A stretch of 64,000 nucleotides of DNA. Source: Girardia tigrina. Its lineage: Eukaryota. Of this stretch, positions 51,815 through 64,000 are shown piece by piece; the stretch's first letter is position 1, and every line of letters starts with the position of its first letter. Made by a program: the position numbers and the translations under genes. Under the pieces are notes generated by a model that saw only the letters and a list, made by a program, of their open reading frames with translations, had not been told where the DNA came from and searched no databases. The DNA lies in the NCBI GenBank assembly GCA_001938485.1, contig MQRK01225399.1, positions 28,758 to 92,757 of the forward strand, read 5' to 3'.

Positions 51815-53759
51815 CTTTGAATAATCAATTTGCCAACATTTGTCTTAACCAAATAATTCTGATTAAACTTCTCAAATCTGAAACTTAAAAATAATATCTA
51901 GATCGATTAAAATTTATTCTAACATAACATATTTTAAAATTAAAAACAATGCTTAAAATCTTTTTTAATTTAAAATTTATATTATTTATTCTAAAATAAT
52001 ATTCCTTTTAAAATTGAGGACGACTATTTATTCTACATTATTAAACACTAATTATAGCTGAAATTTATTATTTCCAGAAATTTTATGCTTTAAAATATAT
52101 TCTATTTCAATTATATTATAAATTTTAAAATCAAAATTTAATTTAAATTATTTTTTAAAAACATTTAGAATTAAGTTTAAAAATTTTAATCATTTCTAAA
52201 TTTCCACACAATAAAAATTCCTTTAATTTTGTTTTTTACCTATTTTTAGAAAATTCCCTTTAATTCAAAATATGTAAAAGACGGGATTGTTTGATAAAAA
52301 AAATGATAGGTTCACCAGAAAAAAGTTATGTAAACTCTCTTCTCAGTAAATTATTCGAATTTAATACGAAAAGAATATCAGCAAGGCTCACGCTTAACTC
52401 ATGACATCAAGCACGATAGATCAATATTTGCTTTCTTAAAAGAATTTTTAAAAATGAAAATCTTAAAATACAAATTGTAAGTCGTAATTTCTGTTTTACA
52501 TTCGTTTCAAATAAATGTTTATCTTAATGACTTTACCTCTCAAACTCTTTAAGTTCATCAATGACTAATTACGACTGTGTTTTCTATGACGAAAAATTGC
52601 TATAATGTTTATTCTGTCTTGAAATCACAGTTTTTAAATTGATTCTGAGATGACTTAAAGTAAAATCCATTAACCGTGTCCCATAATTCTTATTAATGAA
52701 AATATAGGTCACGTTTTCATACGACCAAATTTTGAGCTTCAGTAATGTTGAATCGGTGTACTTTTGAGTACTGATTGAGTGATATGCTTCCGAGAAACAG
52801 TTGTCCATTTAAATATATTTTAAAATAACACTTTATGCACTTTCGGTCATTGATACACTAAATATTTACTAATTTGCCGTCGAAAATAACCATTCTCGGC
52901 AAATAAAAGCAAATTTACTCGCTTTTCCTTGGAAATTATAATCGTTTTTGTTGGGTTCGAGGTCAAGAATAGAATTCATAGCTCCAAATAATTATTTCTA
53001 TTCAAAATACTATTTCAAACAAATTTATGAAGAACAATATTTTCTTATTTTGTACAAAAACCAGGTATCAAAATTTTATTTATAAATATAAATATCTATA
53101 CATACATTCAATCATTACTAAGCATTGGTAGAACACGATTTGTATACTTTTGTCTCTATTGATTTATTTAAAAGAATGTCTCCTATCTTGAAATAATGCT
53201 CAACACTGAGCATCATGTTTCTTAAATTTTAAAAATGATCATTTATTGACGTAAAATCTGTGAAATAAATAATAATTTAGTAAATTATTCTTATACAAAG
53301 GCTTATTCTTTCAGAAAAGGCAGTAATTGTAACTTCGATATATTTAAAGACTAAAAATTATGCTTGAAAGGCTTGAGGAAATTATTGTTACGAATAACTA
53401 TTTTTATTTCAACTTAAATATTTAATGAAATTGACTGTGTCTTGCAAATAGACAATTCTTTTAACCGAAAGATTGGCTTTTAGATGATAGATCCTTTTAT
53501 TCTTCGAATTTGATTGGTGATACAAGTTGTATTTTCAACTCCTTGGAGACTCTTGTAACATATGTTTATCACTCAATTACACAGCAGATCTAGACACCTT
53601 CTGTCAGTTAAATTCGCTTGAAAGGCTTATATTTTTAATTGTTGATGACTCATAATTGCGTAGGTTTTGATGTTTCATTTGTACTTTTCCAGTAGATTAG
53701 GTACTATCGACATTTCACTAACATTGAAGTTGATCCTAACCAATGAACTCATAAATTTA

Positions 53760-54090
53760 CGCTAATTATCAGTCTATCTAAGAAAACAATCCTGAAAAAT
53801 GTAGGACAAATAAGAAAAGCTTAAAAGTGGAACAACTAACGATACATGATGATGACAATTTGGAGGTTTTGATCCATTACATCTTTATGTAATCTTAAAG
53901 ACCGACCAAGAAGAATGTAAACTATAAGAAATTGGAGGATATGATAACAAAAATTAAGATTAAACAATTAAAAATCAATTGGTTCCGATTGTTTCACATG
54001 ACAACACTTTTTTAAAAAGACTGTGATAAAGCTCTAGGAGTTAGAGTTGGAAATTCTCTGACACACATTCTTACTTTTTACAACTTCTTG
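53760..54090 (+). mobile_element. Very degenerate Penelope-type reverse transcriptase remnant
   Basis: Fragments resembling xFDxxSL and GVRVGNSLTHIL (cf. GxxMGSPLSPxL). Confidence 0.35.
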
Positions 54091-55729
54091 TCTTTAAAAG
54101 ATGTATATTCACAGAAGTTATTAAAACGAACTTTCAACCGTTCATCGACTCCCGTCAACCAGGCGGCACCAAAAAAGGATGAACATGCTACCGTTTAAAT
54201 GAAAAAATAGTTTCATTAATATGGATGTAAAGTGACCAAGAAGTTCTTCAAATCCCAGACCGTCAAATTCACCCAATAATGCTTGGAATCCGCAAAACGG
54301 CATATTGATTTAATCGTCTCCGTCTTTCGCAGCAGTTTGCGCTCGAGCGTATTCGCCGCGTCCGGATGCCCATTCGGTTTCGGTCGGCGGCACGTTAAGA
54401 CTACATCTTGATGTCGACAAACACCCAACAATAACCCGAAACGATAAAAAATCCACGGGTATGGATGGGGATTCCACGAGGAAATGAAGGCCGCCATCAT
54501 GCCCACCGCACCAACGAGGAAATACGAATGATTCTCGGAACTCGAGCCGATAATTCAAGACAGAATATTTCTCACTCAAGGATACATTATATTACTTTAT
54601 TACACTTTATTATTTAATAACGCGAGTATTTTTATCTATTTATTTGTATCAACAATCACAGTTTATTTCCTTTATTCAAAGTTTCGCATTTTTTGTGCAG
54701 TTTATTTAAACAAATCTTTATTGATTTAATAATGGTTGTTTTTTTGATATTTACATTTTCTAATTACATTTTCGCAAATCGTTTTTTTTTTACTTTCATT
54801 TCATTTTCAACGACATTTATTAACGTAATAATTTAACTTCTTTTTTTTAATAATATTTAAGATTCAGTACAGGACGTATATTTTAATTCAAAATATTACA
54901 CTTTTATTTAAAAACAAATGGATTTCATTCTAGTAAAGTTTTGCTAAACTTCCGATTTCACAATCATATATGTTCATGTATTCTTGAATTATTGTTTGGT
55001 TTATAAATAGTTTTACAAAGTTTCTTTGACTTGTGTCAAGATTTCTTTTGTGATTCCTTTAAGAACCACTAAACTTGAGATTATCGATCCATGTATAAAA
55101 AGTTAGCTTTAAAATGATGTATAAATGCATAAAATATTATACTGTTATAAATTCAATGATAAAGAGAAAACAAACAGTTCAAATACATTTTCGTTCTCCT
55201 ATTTCATTCTCATATAGGATTTAGAAAACTAAATCTAATTTTGTATTTCCAGCAAGCCTCTCTCGCTTGTCTCATAAAAGTGCGTTACTTGACTTCAAAA
55301 TAATACAATAACAAACAAGAAATAATAATTTATTGAGACAATAGTCAAAGAATTTGTAAAATAAAACGCCTATTTAACACTGTAGAACAAACAGTGAAGT
55401 TGCTTTTGTCACATTCCACAGTATTCTTTATCTTTAACGAAAGTCATGGAATCAACTTATTTTGAGAAACAAAAAGGCAACATATTGTTACAAATTACCA
55501 ACATTGCTTCGAAAAGTGAAACAATGAAAGCAATTACAATAGTGAATTTATGACTAGTTTTAAAGAACTAAAACAAAATCATTCATATAATTAACATGTA
55601 CAAGGGTAAAACGGAAAAATATTGACTCACATAGTTACAAAAAGTATGGTTAAACTTGCTATCGAAAAATTATATAAACTGATTAATCTTTCCGATGTAT
55701 GGAACAAGTAAGTCGATGATTCTCTTTTA

Positions 55730-56195
55730 TTATTGTTTAATGTATGTTGTGTTTGGTATGTTGTTTTTAGGATTGTGTTTCTGTCACCCAGATTGAAGAT
55801 TGATATTCGGACCATTTTGAAATGTAAATAAAATATATATTTCATAATAATATTTCATGTAATAATATTTTAATCAAAATATTTTCAATCTATTTCGAAG
55901 GAATTTAAAATATTTTAATAGGTGATTGTAACGTCAAGATTTATATAATCAGAAATACGTTATTTAAAATGAATTAAAAATATTTTTGAAAATTATTTAA
56001 AAATATTTTATTAAGGAATTGTAATTTAAATTTGTTTGAATAATTAGAGGTTTTAGAAATATAATTTAAATTAATCAACCAAGAAGGATCCCTAACTACA
56101 AAAGTGCTGTGAAGAATCGTCCTAGAGGCAATACGAGTTCTGATTTTAATAAAAGTATAGTAAATCATATAACTTTTCTTAATACTCCTGTAATA
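55730..56195 (+). mobile_element. Solo-LTR family copy (degraded)
   Basis: TGTTTTTAGGATTGTGTTTCTGTCACCCAGATTGAAGATTGATAT matches 12982-13026. Confidence 0.6.
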
Positions 56196-57189
56196 CTCCA
56201 AGAAACACATTTCTGCTAAATAATATAATTTAATAATATATCATATTGAAGAAATTAGATCAAGATTTACAAACTAATGTCATTAAGATATTCTATGCGG
56301 CATGTGAAAGATTAAGAAACTTTATACTTAGAGGAAAACGGCATAAAGCAGAATACTTTATAATATTAAATAGAAATATTATTAAAATATTTATTAAATA
56401 TATTTTGTTGCAAAATTTGCAACCGTTTTTAGCGGTGGATGGGAACCAAAAAATAATAGCATAAAACTTCACGAGTACAAATAAAAAATAATTTTAGAAA
56501 CAAACAAACAAAAAATCGTAAAAAAACAGTTTGAGTGTAGAAATTAATATTACATTACACACTTATAGCCCCTGATCCAGACATGAGCTTTGTGAACTGG
56601 TTCATAGGTCCACGACTCATGTAAATGACTTACTTTCACTCGGAGACTAGAAACCAATTGAGTCTATATTTAATTTAATTTTATATAATATTCATATTTA
56701 TAAAGCCATTTATATTTTAAAATTCGGATACTTATATTACTGTTCACTTTTACATGCATACATTTGTGCATATTGAAAATATCACTTATACATAATATTG
56801 TGGATTTCTGTAATTTGTCTATGGTATGAAAACATTTCATATCATTAATAAAATTTTAAATATATTTAAAAATATTTAAAAATATAAAAGTAGATCTCAA
56901 AAACAAACTAGTAAATCAAAATATTAAATTTTTCATATCCATTCCTTATGCAGATAGAACTCTACTTTGCTAACAAAGTTTTTAAAATTTGAAAAATTAA
57001 ATATTTAATTTTAAATTAACAAAAAGATTAAAAATTAATATAAACTACTTATAATTTATAAGTAGATATCTTGCAATTAATATTGTTCGGGAACTCCGAA
57101 TTTTCCGTTTTTTTCCATTTTGGGATCATAAAAAGTTTTTTTCGACCAAACTTTTATGTAATCATTTATTGTCATCGAGAATGAGTAAG

Positions 57190-57690
57190 TGTGCAAAGTT
57201 TGTGCAAAAGTAAGTGTTTGAAGCCTTCAAACACTTACTTTTGCACACACTTTGCACAATTATTATTAATCCATTAAATTAATATTGTGTGTGTATACCC
57301 GCAAGTAATCGATTGATGAGATATTCTCATAATCCAGCAAAACAGTGCGCAATTGACAATCTAGAACATATATTTATTTTTCCTTAGAGGAGTATCTTCA
57401 CCTGCAAGCATTCGCTCAACTTTCATTTGGTTGATGTTCTGTTCTTTCTGAAGTTTGATTACTAATCTCGGCAGAGTTAAGTGTGCAATATGAACTGTCC
57501 GGGCAAATACATTGTGCCATCCTTCAACTGTGTTGTTAGTGCAAGGAATTTTATCACGGGCAGCTTGATAGCAGTCCCGGATATTAGATGAAAAACGAGC
57601 ATCACCTATTCGTCGTCTTCCAATTAATGTTTCCTTAAAGTAGTTGAAATGTTCAGCGACCTTTGGAAACGAATCGAAATCGATTTTTAT
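57190..57690 (-). mobile_element. MULE transposase C-terminal remnant with terminal palindrome
   Basis: Minus-strand FNYFKETLIGRR...CTNNTVEGWHNVF...LVIKLQKEQ; 34-bp palindrome at 57190-57258. Confidence 0.8.
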
Positions 57691-57869
57691 CAGAAATTAT
57701 TTTTATTTAGTAATGATAAAAATTATAATTATTAAATATAAACTTAAAGCATAACATTTATAATAGTATAGGTTGCTTGCTGATATACATCATTCATTAC
57801 ATCAAATAATTATTACTTTAGTTTTTCATATCTATTAAAAATTTCTACGCAGAATTGTTCGGTTACCAG

Positions 57870-58560
57870 AATTTTAGATTCGTCTATATTTAGAACCCGT
57901 TCTGATTGCCCAAATCAGCCTTAACACTTTGGGACAAAATGGACAGTACTAGGGGTAATTCGGACATCAATAACCAGAACGCAATTTTTGTCTGGTATCT
58001 GATTTCTATTCGCCTTGAAATGCTGGAGGAAATTAGGAAAATATATTGATCCATCCAGCTAGACTTAGATCCCACAATTCTAGAACCAACTGCATAAGAG
58101 GAGGAAATGGGAGGGTACTATCCTTTAAATACAAGAAAGGGCGGTGTCCTTTGACAAATGTTACTGAAACATGGTACAAAAGTGGTCAGAAATCCACCTC
58201 TGCAACCTTTAAACTTAAAACTGATCGCTCACCTCGTTTGGCAATGACCTTTTGTGACGAAGTTTGAACTGAGGATAAACTTGTCTTGTAGAATAAACCA
58301 CATTGTAGATTAGGTTTTAGTAATTGTGTAGGTCATAGTCTCTGATCAAAGCCAAATACTGGTCCTAAAATATTGAGATTTGAGTGGCATTGAACGCCTA
58401 AGCACGAGAGGCAGAAAGACTTTCAGGTGGTCTAGTGAAAGCTTTGAATTTCGTTACTTATGGCCCAAAATCAATTGTGAGATGCTTGCTATGAAGAATG
58501 CCAATTTTTCGCTATTTCTCTTTTTAATTGTATCTGTCCCAGTTACTTTTGTAAAAATAA
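57870..58560 (-). mobile_element. pogo/Fot1-like (DDE_1) transposase remnant
   Basis: Broken frames with IYNV, SQKVIAKRGERSV, PP..VFKG and SKSSWMD motifs. Confidence 0.6.
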
Positions 58561-58849
58561 CAAATTAATAACTCTACCTTAAAGTAAAATGAATTTCAAA
58601 TGTTATAAACTATTTAAAGATTTATATACATAGAAAACTAATGACGTGTACAAATCTTAATTCTACTGTCCTACTTGCTCCGATCTACCCTTTACATTTT
58701 AATTTTCGTGATTCTTTTATATTATCAAACACATTAGTATTTTTATTGCATTTTTATTTTATTTTGAATTTTCGTCACTGTTATTCTTTCCGATGTCGAA
58801 TCTTGATGCCTTATCAAATTCTTTGTGTTGTAGAAGAAGACGTGCAGTG

Positions 58850-59165
58850 AAATCAACAACATCCAAGGTTTTACAGCTATCGATTTCTACCCATTCAGAC
58901 ACCTAAAGATGTATTTAAGAGGCACCCAGCTTTAATATAAAGACAATTTTAAGGCCAGAGAGGAGTTTTTTGCTGCATGCCACCCACATCTTTTTCAAAA
59001 TGATTTTTCCTGAGTTGATTATTCGTTGGCAGAAGTGTGTGGTGCAAAATGGACATTATGTTGAAAATTGATGTCTACATACATTAAGCATGTTGTGTTT
59101 TAAATTGACCTTTTCTAGAATTCGTTTTCTTTTTCAGATGAATTACTTATTGAATACACCACGTA
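58850..59165 (+). mobile_element. Mariner 3' fragment
   Basis: DFYPFRHLKMYLRG ... LIIRWQKCVVQNGHYVEN*; TIR-like end TTATTGAATACACCACG|TA. Confidence 0.7.
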
Positions 59166-60498
59166 GAATTCACTAAAGTCCACTTTCTGTTCAAATAAAA
59201 TTACATTTTAAACATAAATATTAAAAATGAAATTATATTCATTATTTTAAATTAATTAGAAACAAATATATTATTGTTAATATATTTAAATTATATATTT
59301 TGATAAAAATCAAATCCGATTTTGTTATGAAATAGACTGTAGTAATAATGATAATAACAATAATAATATAATAATAATAATGAACGGAAATCATAAAATA
59401 TATAATCAAATTAATTTTGTTTTAGTAAACATTCAATTTGTAATATTTTCTGTTGAAACATGAGTGTATTAAAAGCTACAAATATTTATTATTCAATTTG
59501 GAGAGATGAAATTTGATAAATGTCCCATATTTACATTTATATATTTATTTGTTAATATACTAGTTTTATAGTTTTCAAATATAAACTTTCTCCCATTCAT
59601 CCTGATTTCATCACATTAAAAAATTATAAATATATTGTAGCATAAAAAATAAATTATCACTCACAAATTATGCTTTAAAATACAATTATTTGTCATTGAT
59701 AAATTGTATAAAATATATGTTATATATTATATAAATATGATTTTTAACAAATAAATAATTCAAAAAAAGTTTCTATAATAAATTAACAAAATATTAATTT
59801 TTTTCTAATGTATTTCATTGTTAGAAGTAATTAAGGTTAACTTTTACCACATATTGAATAATAAAATTAATAATTGGGTGGATGAATCCGTGTTGTAGGA
59901 TTCCACGACTGTGTTCTTTTTATCCTTTTCTCCCTGAATCAATCGTAAAAATGATCCCTGAATTCCGAATGATACTCGGTTTGTTATTCAAATTCAAATA
60001 TGGCATGTTCTCGAGATTATTTATTGGCGATTTGCTTCCGTCGAATGAAATAATTAGTTTGCTCAAAGTATTTCGAACCGTTATAAATCATTTAGGATTT
60101 TGTTTTTTAAATTATAATTTAGACATAACAAATTTTGAACTCCGTAAATTTTGTAAGTTGTAAATCAAATCCTAATTACTAATGATTGAAAAAATAAAAT
60201 GTTACAATATCATTTAACCCCTCCTCTGTGATGATTTATTTAGTATATACTATATTTAAAAAGTTAAATATCTCTATAAATATAATAAATACTGACTTCA
60301 GATTTTGGTTATTCCTCCGTAATACATTTACACATATAATGAAATAATAATAATTATAAATTCCCCCCGGCACAATGAGATTTTCGTCAAAAATCAACGA
60401 AGAATTGACGAAAACAATCAAACTACTGTTAGCACCGTGTATTTACTGTACATTATGTTGCGACACACTCACTCTGTCATTTAACCGTCATAGACCTC

Positions 60499-60564
60499 GT
60501 GACTGAGCAGGTTGCATAGACTGACTCAGTATAAATTGCGACTTATTTTTGGGTGAAATCATTC
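60499..60564 (+). promoter_or_regulatory. Candidate Pol II promoter: ARE + AP-1 + TATA + Inr
   Basis: GTGACTGAGCA (60499-60509), TGACTCA (60522-60528), TATAAA (60530), TCATTC with its A at 60561 (TATA at -31), ATG at 60584. Confidence 0.5.
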
Positions 60565-61890
60565 ATTTTAAAAACTTATTTTCATGTTTTACAAATTACA
60601 TATCACCGGAGCGCGCGGACTTTTTTTTAACACAGTATGGGGAAGGTTAAATAGGTGCCTTAATTTTTATTACTTTGATTCGAATAAGGAAACTCGTTTT
60701 CTTTTCTTTGAAACAAAACCACTTTTTATAATCATAAACACTTTTAAATTGTTATTTTTTAGAAAATAAAAAATTGTGACTCAAAATCGAATGAAAAATT
60801 AATCTTATTTAAAAACACACAGGCATCCAATCACATTGCATTTTTACATTCATACACACATACACACAATATCACACACAAAATTACAAATTTCCATTCA
60901 CTTATATTACATTTGAACTGTTTTTTATCAAATAAATCAAAAATTGAAATATTTTGATAATTTAAATTAAATTCTTTGTTGGTAAATAATATTATTTATT
61001 TTAATTAATTTTTTAAATTATTTTTTATTTAATTTGAATTTTTCTTTGTCGGTCAATGTTCAGACAATCCAACTCTATCGTTTTCCTCCACAATAATAAT
61101 AATATAAAAAAAATAATATTATTAAAAATAATAATGAAATTTTTAATTGATAATTAATGATAATATTTATTAATAATCCAAACAAATATTTTGTACAGAA
61201 ATGAAAATTTAATTTGGGAAGAAACTAGTTTGAGATAGAAATTGGGAATACTTTTTTTATTGAAGCCGACTTTGTGATAGTCTAAATATTAAAATCGGAA
61301 TTGAGTTTATTCTTTTATTTTTTTATTTGAAATTTTTTTACGAAAAATTTTATATTTAATAAATCTAATTCAAATATTTTTTTACCAAAGAGTTGGGTAT
61401 TTTTTATTTTTCTCAACATCATCAATGTTGAACAATAATTATTTTTAGTAAAATGCACATTCTCTCGATATATTTTTATTTATATTCAAATTATTATATT
61501 TTTGACACTATCTAAAGAACCTTTCACCAAGAATTAAATTTCAGTGATTGTTATGAATTAAGAAATGTTACTAAATTTTTTTAAATAACGTTAAATTAAA
61601 TATACAAATTAAAATGTAGAATTATTTTAAAAATATGTAATGATTGTAAAAGAAATATTAAAAATTAATAACATTGAACAAAACTTTTACAAAATAATAA
61701 ATGATGTTATAGTTTAAAATTATAAAATATAATATAAGATAATTATTAGAGAATGATAACAGAGACTATTTAATTAATAAAATTACACAAAAAATAGGTA
61801 ATTAATAATTATTCAAAAAATTAAAAAAATGATGGCAACTTATGTTTAAAAACAAAAATACGTCATTTGTTAAATAGACATTTATTTTTA

Positions 61891-61933
61891 AAGACAATTA
61901 ATTTCGATGGTATAACCGTCATCGTCAGGTCTC
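61891..61933 (-). ncRNA. Minimal type I hammerhead ribozyme (PLE pLTR-type)
   Basis: Minus strand GAGAC-CTGACGA-T-GACGGT tat ACCATC-GAAA-TTAA-TT-GTCTT: intact core, stem I, stem II and palindromic stem III. TATATAA upstream, AATAAA downstream. Confidence 0.8.
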
Positions 61934-62085
61934 AAGAAAAAAATGAATTTTAAATCTGCTTATATAGGCAAGCAGTGATTATGTCATCAATGGATTATTA
62001 TGTCATCTAAACATGCTCAATAGGGTTTTCGAGAGACTATATTTATAATTTTCAACTATATAAATAGCAATTAATCACTTTATTT

Positions 62086-62128
62086 CATTGCACTGAAGAT
62101 GCCGAAATGGTGAACCGCGTTTGTATTG
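62086..62128 (+). ncRNA. Minimal hammerhead ribozyme, core mutated (GAAC)
   Basis: CATTGCA-CTGAAGA-T-GCC gaaat GGT-GAAc-CGCG-TT-TGTATTG; TATATAAAT upstream. Same stem II design as 446-497. Confidence 0.6.
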
Positions 62129-62506
62129 GGGATAAATTTAATATTAAAAAATTACCTTTCTTTTCATTATTATTAAAAAATAATAAGTTTGTTTAAATAT
62201 TAGTGTTAATCATTTGTTTTGTATTATAATAAAAATTTGGATGTCAGAAGTAACTTTTAGCAATGATTCTGAGTATGTTCCAAGAACATCTATCAAGAAT
62301 ATTTCCGCTAAAATAGGGAAGAACATTTTCAATAATATACTTCATTTATAATATAAAATAATATGGAAATTTCTGATAAAAATAATAAAGTTTCCATATT
62401 TTATTTTATACGACCATTATTATTAATTTAATGTGTTATGTGTACAAATGTATTACTAATTGCCTCTTCATTGAAAGCAAAAGTTAAGAAATGGAAGGTC
62501 ATAACA

Positions 62507-62507
<1 letters not shown>

Positions 62508-62554
<47 letters not shown>
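62508..62554. repeat. (TA)n microsatellite
   Basis: Perfect TA run. Confidence 0.95.
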
Positions 62555-62557
<3 letters not shown>

Positions 62558-63385
62558 GATAAAAAGAAGACACAGCCTTTCGAGAAAACAATCTTATCGT
62601 CAAGTAAATAGTATGATGGGTGTGTGTGGGTAGTGTGCTAGTTTAATACAAGGTGTGGATTGACATGACAATCACATTTTTTCTGAAAACGCGTCATCTT
62701 ATTTTTAAACCATGTATATAAATTTTACTTTGAAATATATATTTTATTATAAGCATTTTATTATTTCCATAATTTGTAATTTACATTTGCATCATGACAA
62801 TTAAAACAAGGTTGAAAACAATTTCCAATGTATCTAGATTATATTGTAGTTTATGAATTAAAAATATTTTTTTTTAAAAAAGTCATTCTATTAATTTAGG
62901 AATATATTATAAAATTCAATTCATCAAGAAATTTTCTTTAGATAGTGACACAAGGAGTGAGTTAATATCCTGAATAATAATATTGTCAAGGGAAGCTGAA
63001 CCCTTTTGATCAGAAATTGTCTGGTTATCAGGAGCTAACCGAAGGCGTACATCTTTCATCCTGGAGTCAAATAATTCTACACAAATTGGTTGCACAATTT
63101 TCTATATCCCAGTTCTGTTGACAATATGCGTAGAACGTAGTTAATCTTTCAGTTTAACGCTAATTCGTGTACCTATATTTTAAGATTACATTTCACTATT
63201 TTTTCAAATTGAATTTCTTTTATTTGGTCTTCATTTACCGCCGAAAACGTTCCCTAATCTCCTACCATGCATGAACTCCTTTGGGCAATAATAAAGTGTC
63301 ACACTGGATAAACAATCACAGTCATAAACTTTTTCCACGTCTCTCATAGTTTAGTATGCACTTTTATAGTAAAAATGTTTATGGT

Positions 63386-63827
63386 TTTGAGGAATATTTG
63401 GTGTGTGGATGTTTATTGTGTAGTGTTTGCATGTTTCAATGTTGTGTGTTGATTTGAGATTGTGCCTCTCCTAATCAGATGGATGATTAATATTTTAATT
63501 CTTATTATCTGAAACTAATTTATTTAAATTTAGATTTAATATTCAAATTTTTAATTTTTATTATTGTAACTTTAAAATATTTTTTTTTGATTTTATTTTT
63601 GTAAATTTTTAAATAATTAAAATAAAATTAATGTTTAAAAATAATTATAAAAAAGTAATTTTATTTTATCCAATAAAATTTAAATTAAATATTTAAAGTA
63701 AAATAACTTTCTTCAAGTTAGTTCAGATTGCAAGGAATTAAGTGAAAGCAATACTATTGATCGTCATAAAGATGATAAGAAATGTGAATGTAATAAATGT
63801 TCTGTCAAATGTGTGAGTTCTCTTACA
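63386..63827 (+). mobile_element. Intact solo LTR
   Basis: TTTGAGGAATATT...AATAAA...TCTCTTACA, 442 bp, perfect 5-bp TSD ATGGT (63381-63385, 63828-63832). Confidence 0.85.
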
Positions 63828-64000
63828 ATGGTAAGATTTAATGACGCTGTGGTCCTTCACATATTCCATTTTCTTTTCAATGTAGCTAAAATAAACAAAA
63901 GTGATCTATTAAACTAAATGTTTTATTCTTTCAAAATAAAAGTTGTTAGAACATTTGAATTTTATATTTCATACCGTGTTTTAGAGGTTATTGATCGAAC

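Noticed and set aside
56570-56630. Branched hairpin after CTGAT
   Set aside because: Lacks the CUGANGA/GAAA core; no family evidence.
60483-60553. Spliced-leader/snRNA-like gene (AACCGTCA start, ATTTTTGG Sm-like site)
   Set aside because: No ATG|GT donor as in flatworm SL RNAs and no supporting stem-loops; the promoter interpretation fits better.
425-60769. Numerous 60-100 aa ORFs rich in F/I/L/K/N
   Set aside because: Expected by chance in AT-rich DNA or antisense to transposase remnants.

Overview
AT-rich eukaryotic (animal) genomic DNA with several assembly gaps; nothing prokaryotic is evident. A triclad-flatworm-like host is only an inference, from the TTAGGG repeats, the cecropia-type mariner and the low GC. 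Most of the window is nested, mostly dead transposons: mariner/Tc1/rosa, pogo, piggyBac, hAT, MULE, Helitron/Helentron-like, Gypsy, RTE, Penelope and at least 10 copies of a ~450-bp solo-LTR family with 5-bp TSDs. One host gene can be reconstructed by splicing three + strand exons (about 18.8-19.6 kb, 28345-28480, 30792-30879). It encodes a Calx-beta-like domain followed by a C-terminal C-type lectin domain, the FREM1-type C-terminus, and the ORF track does not show it as such. Four minimal hammerhead ribozyme motifs sit in TATA-ribozyme-polyA cassettes (Penelope pseudo-LTR type); two of them are back-to-back at about 62 kb. Also present: a 28S rRNA fragment, a candidate ARE/AP-1/TATA/Inr promoter, a foldback-like element enclosing Gypsy gag-RT, and several duplicated or decayed host-exon fragments. 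All protein similarities were judged by eye from remembered family motifs; no database search was run.
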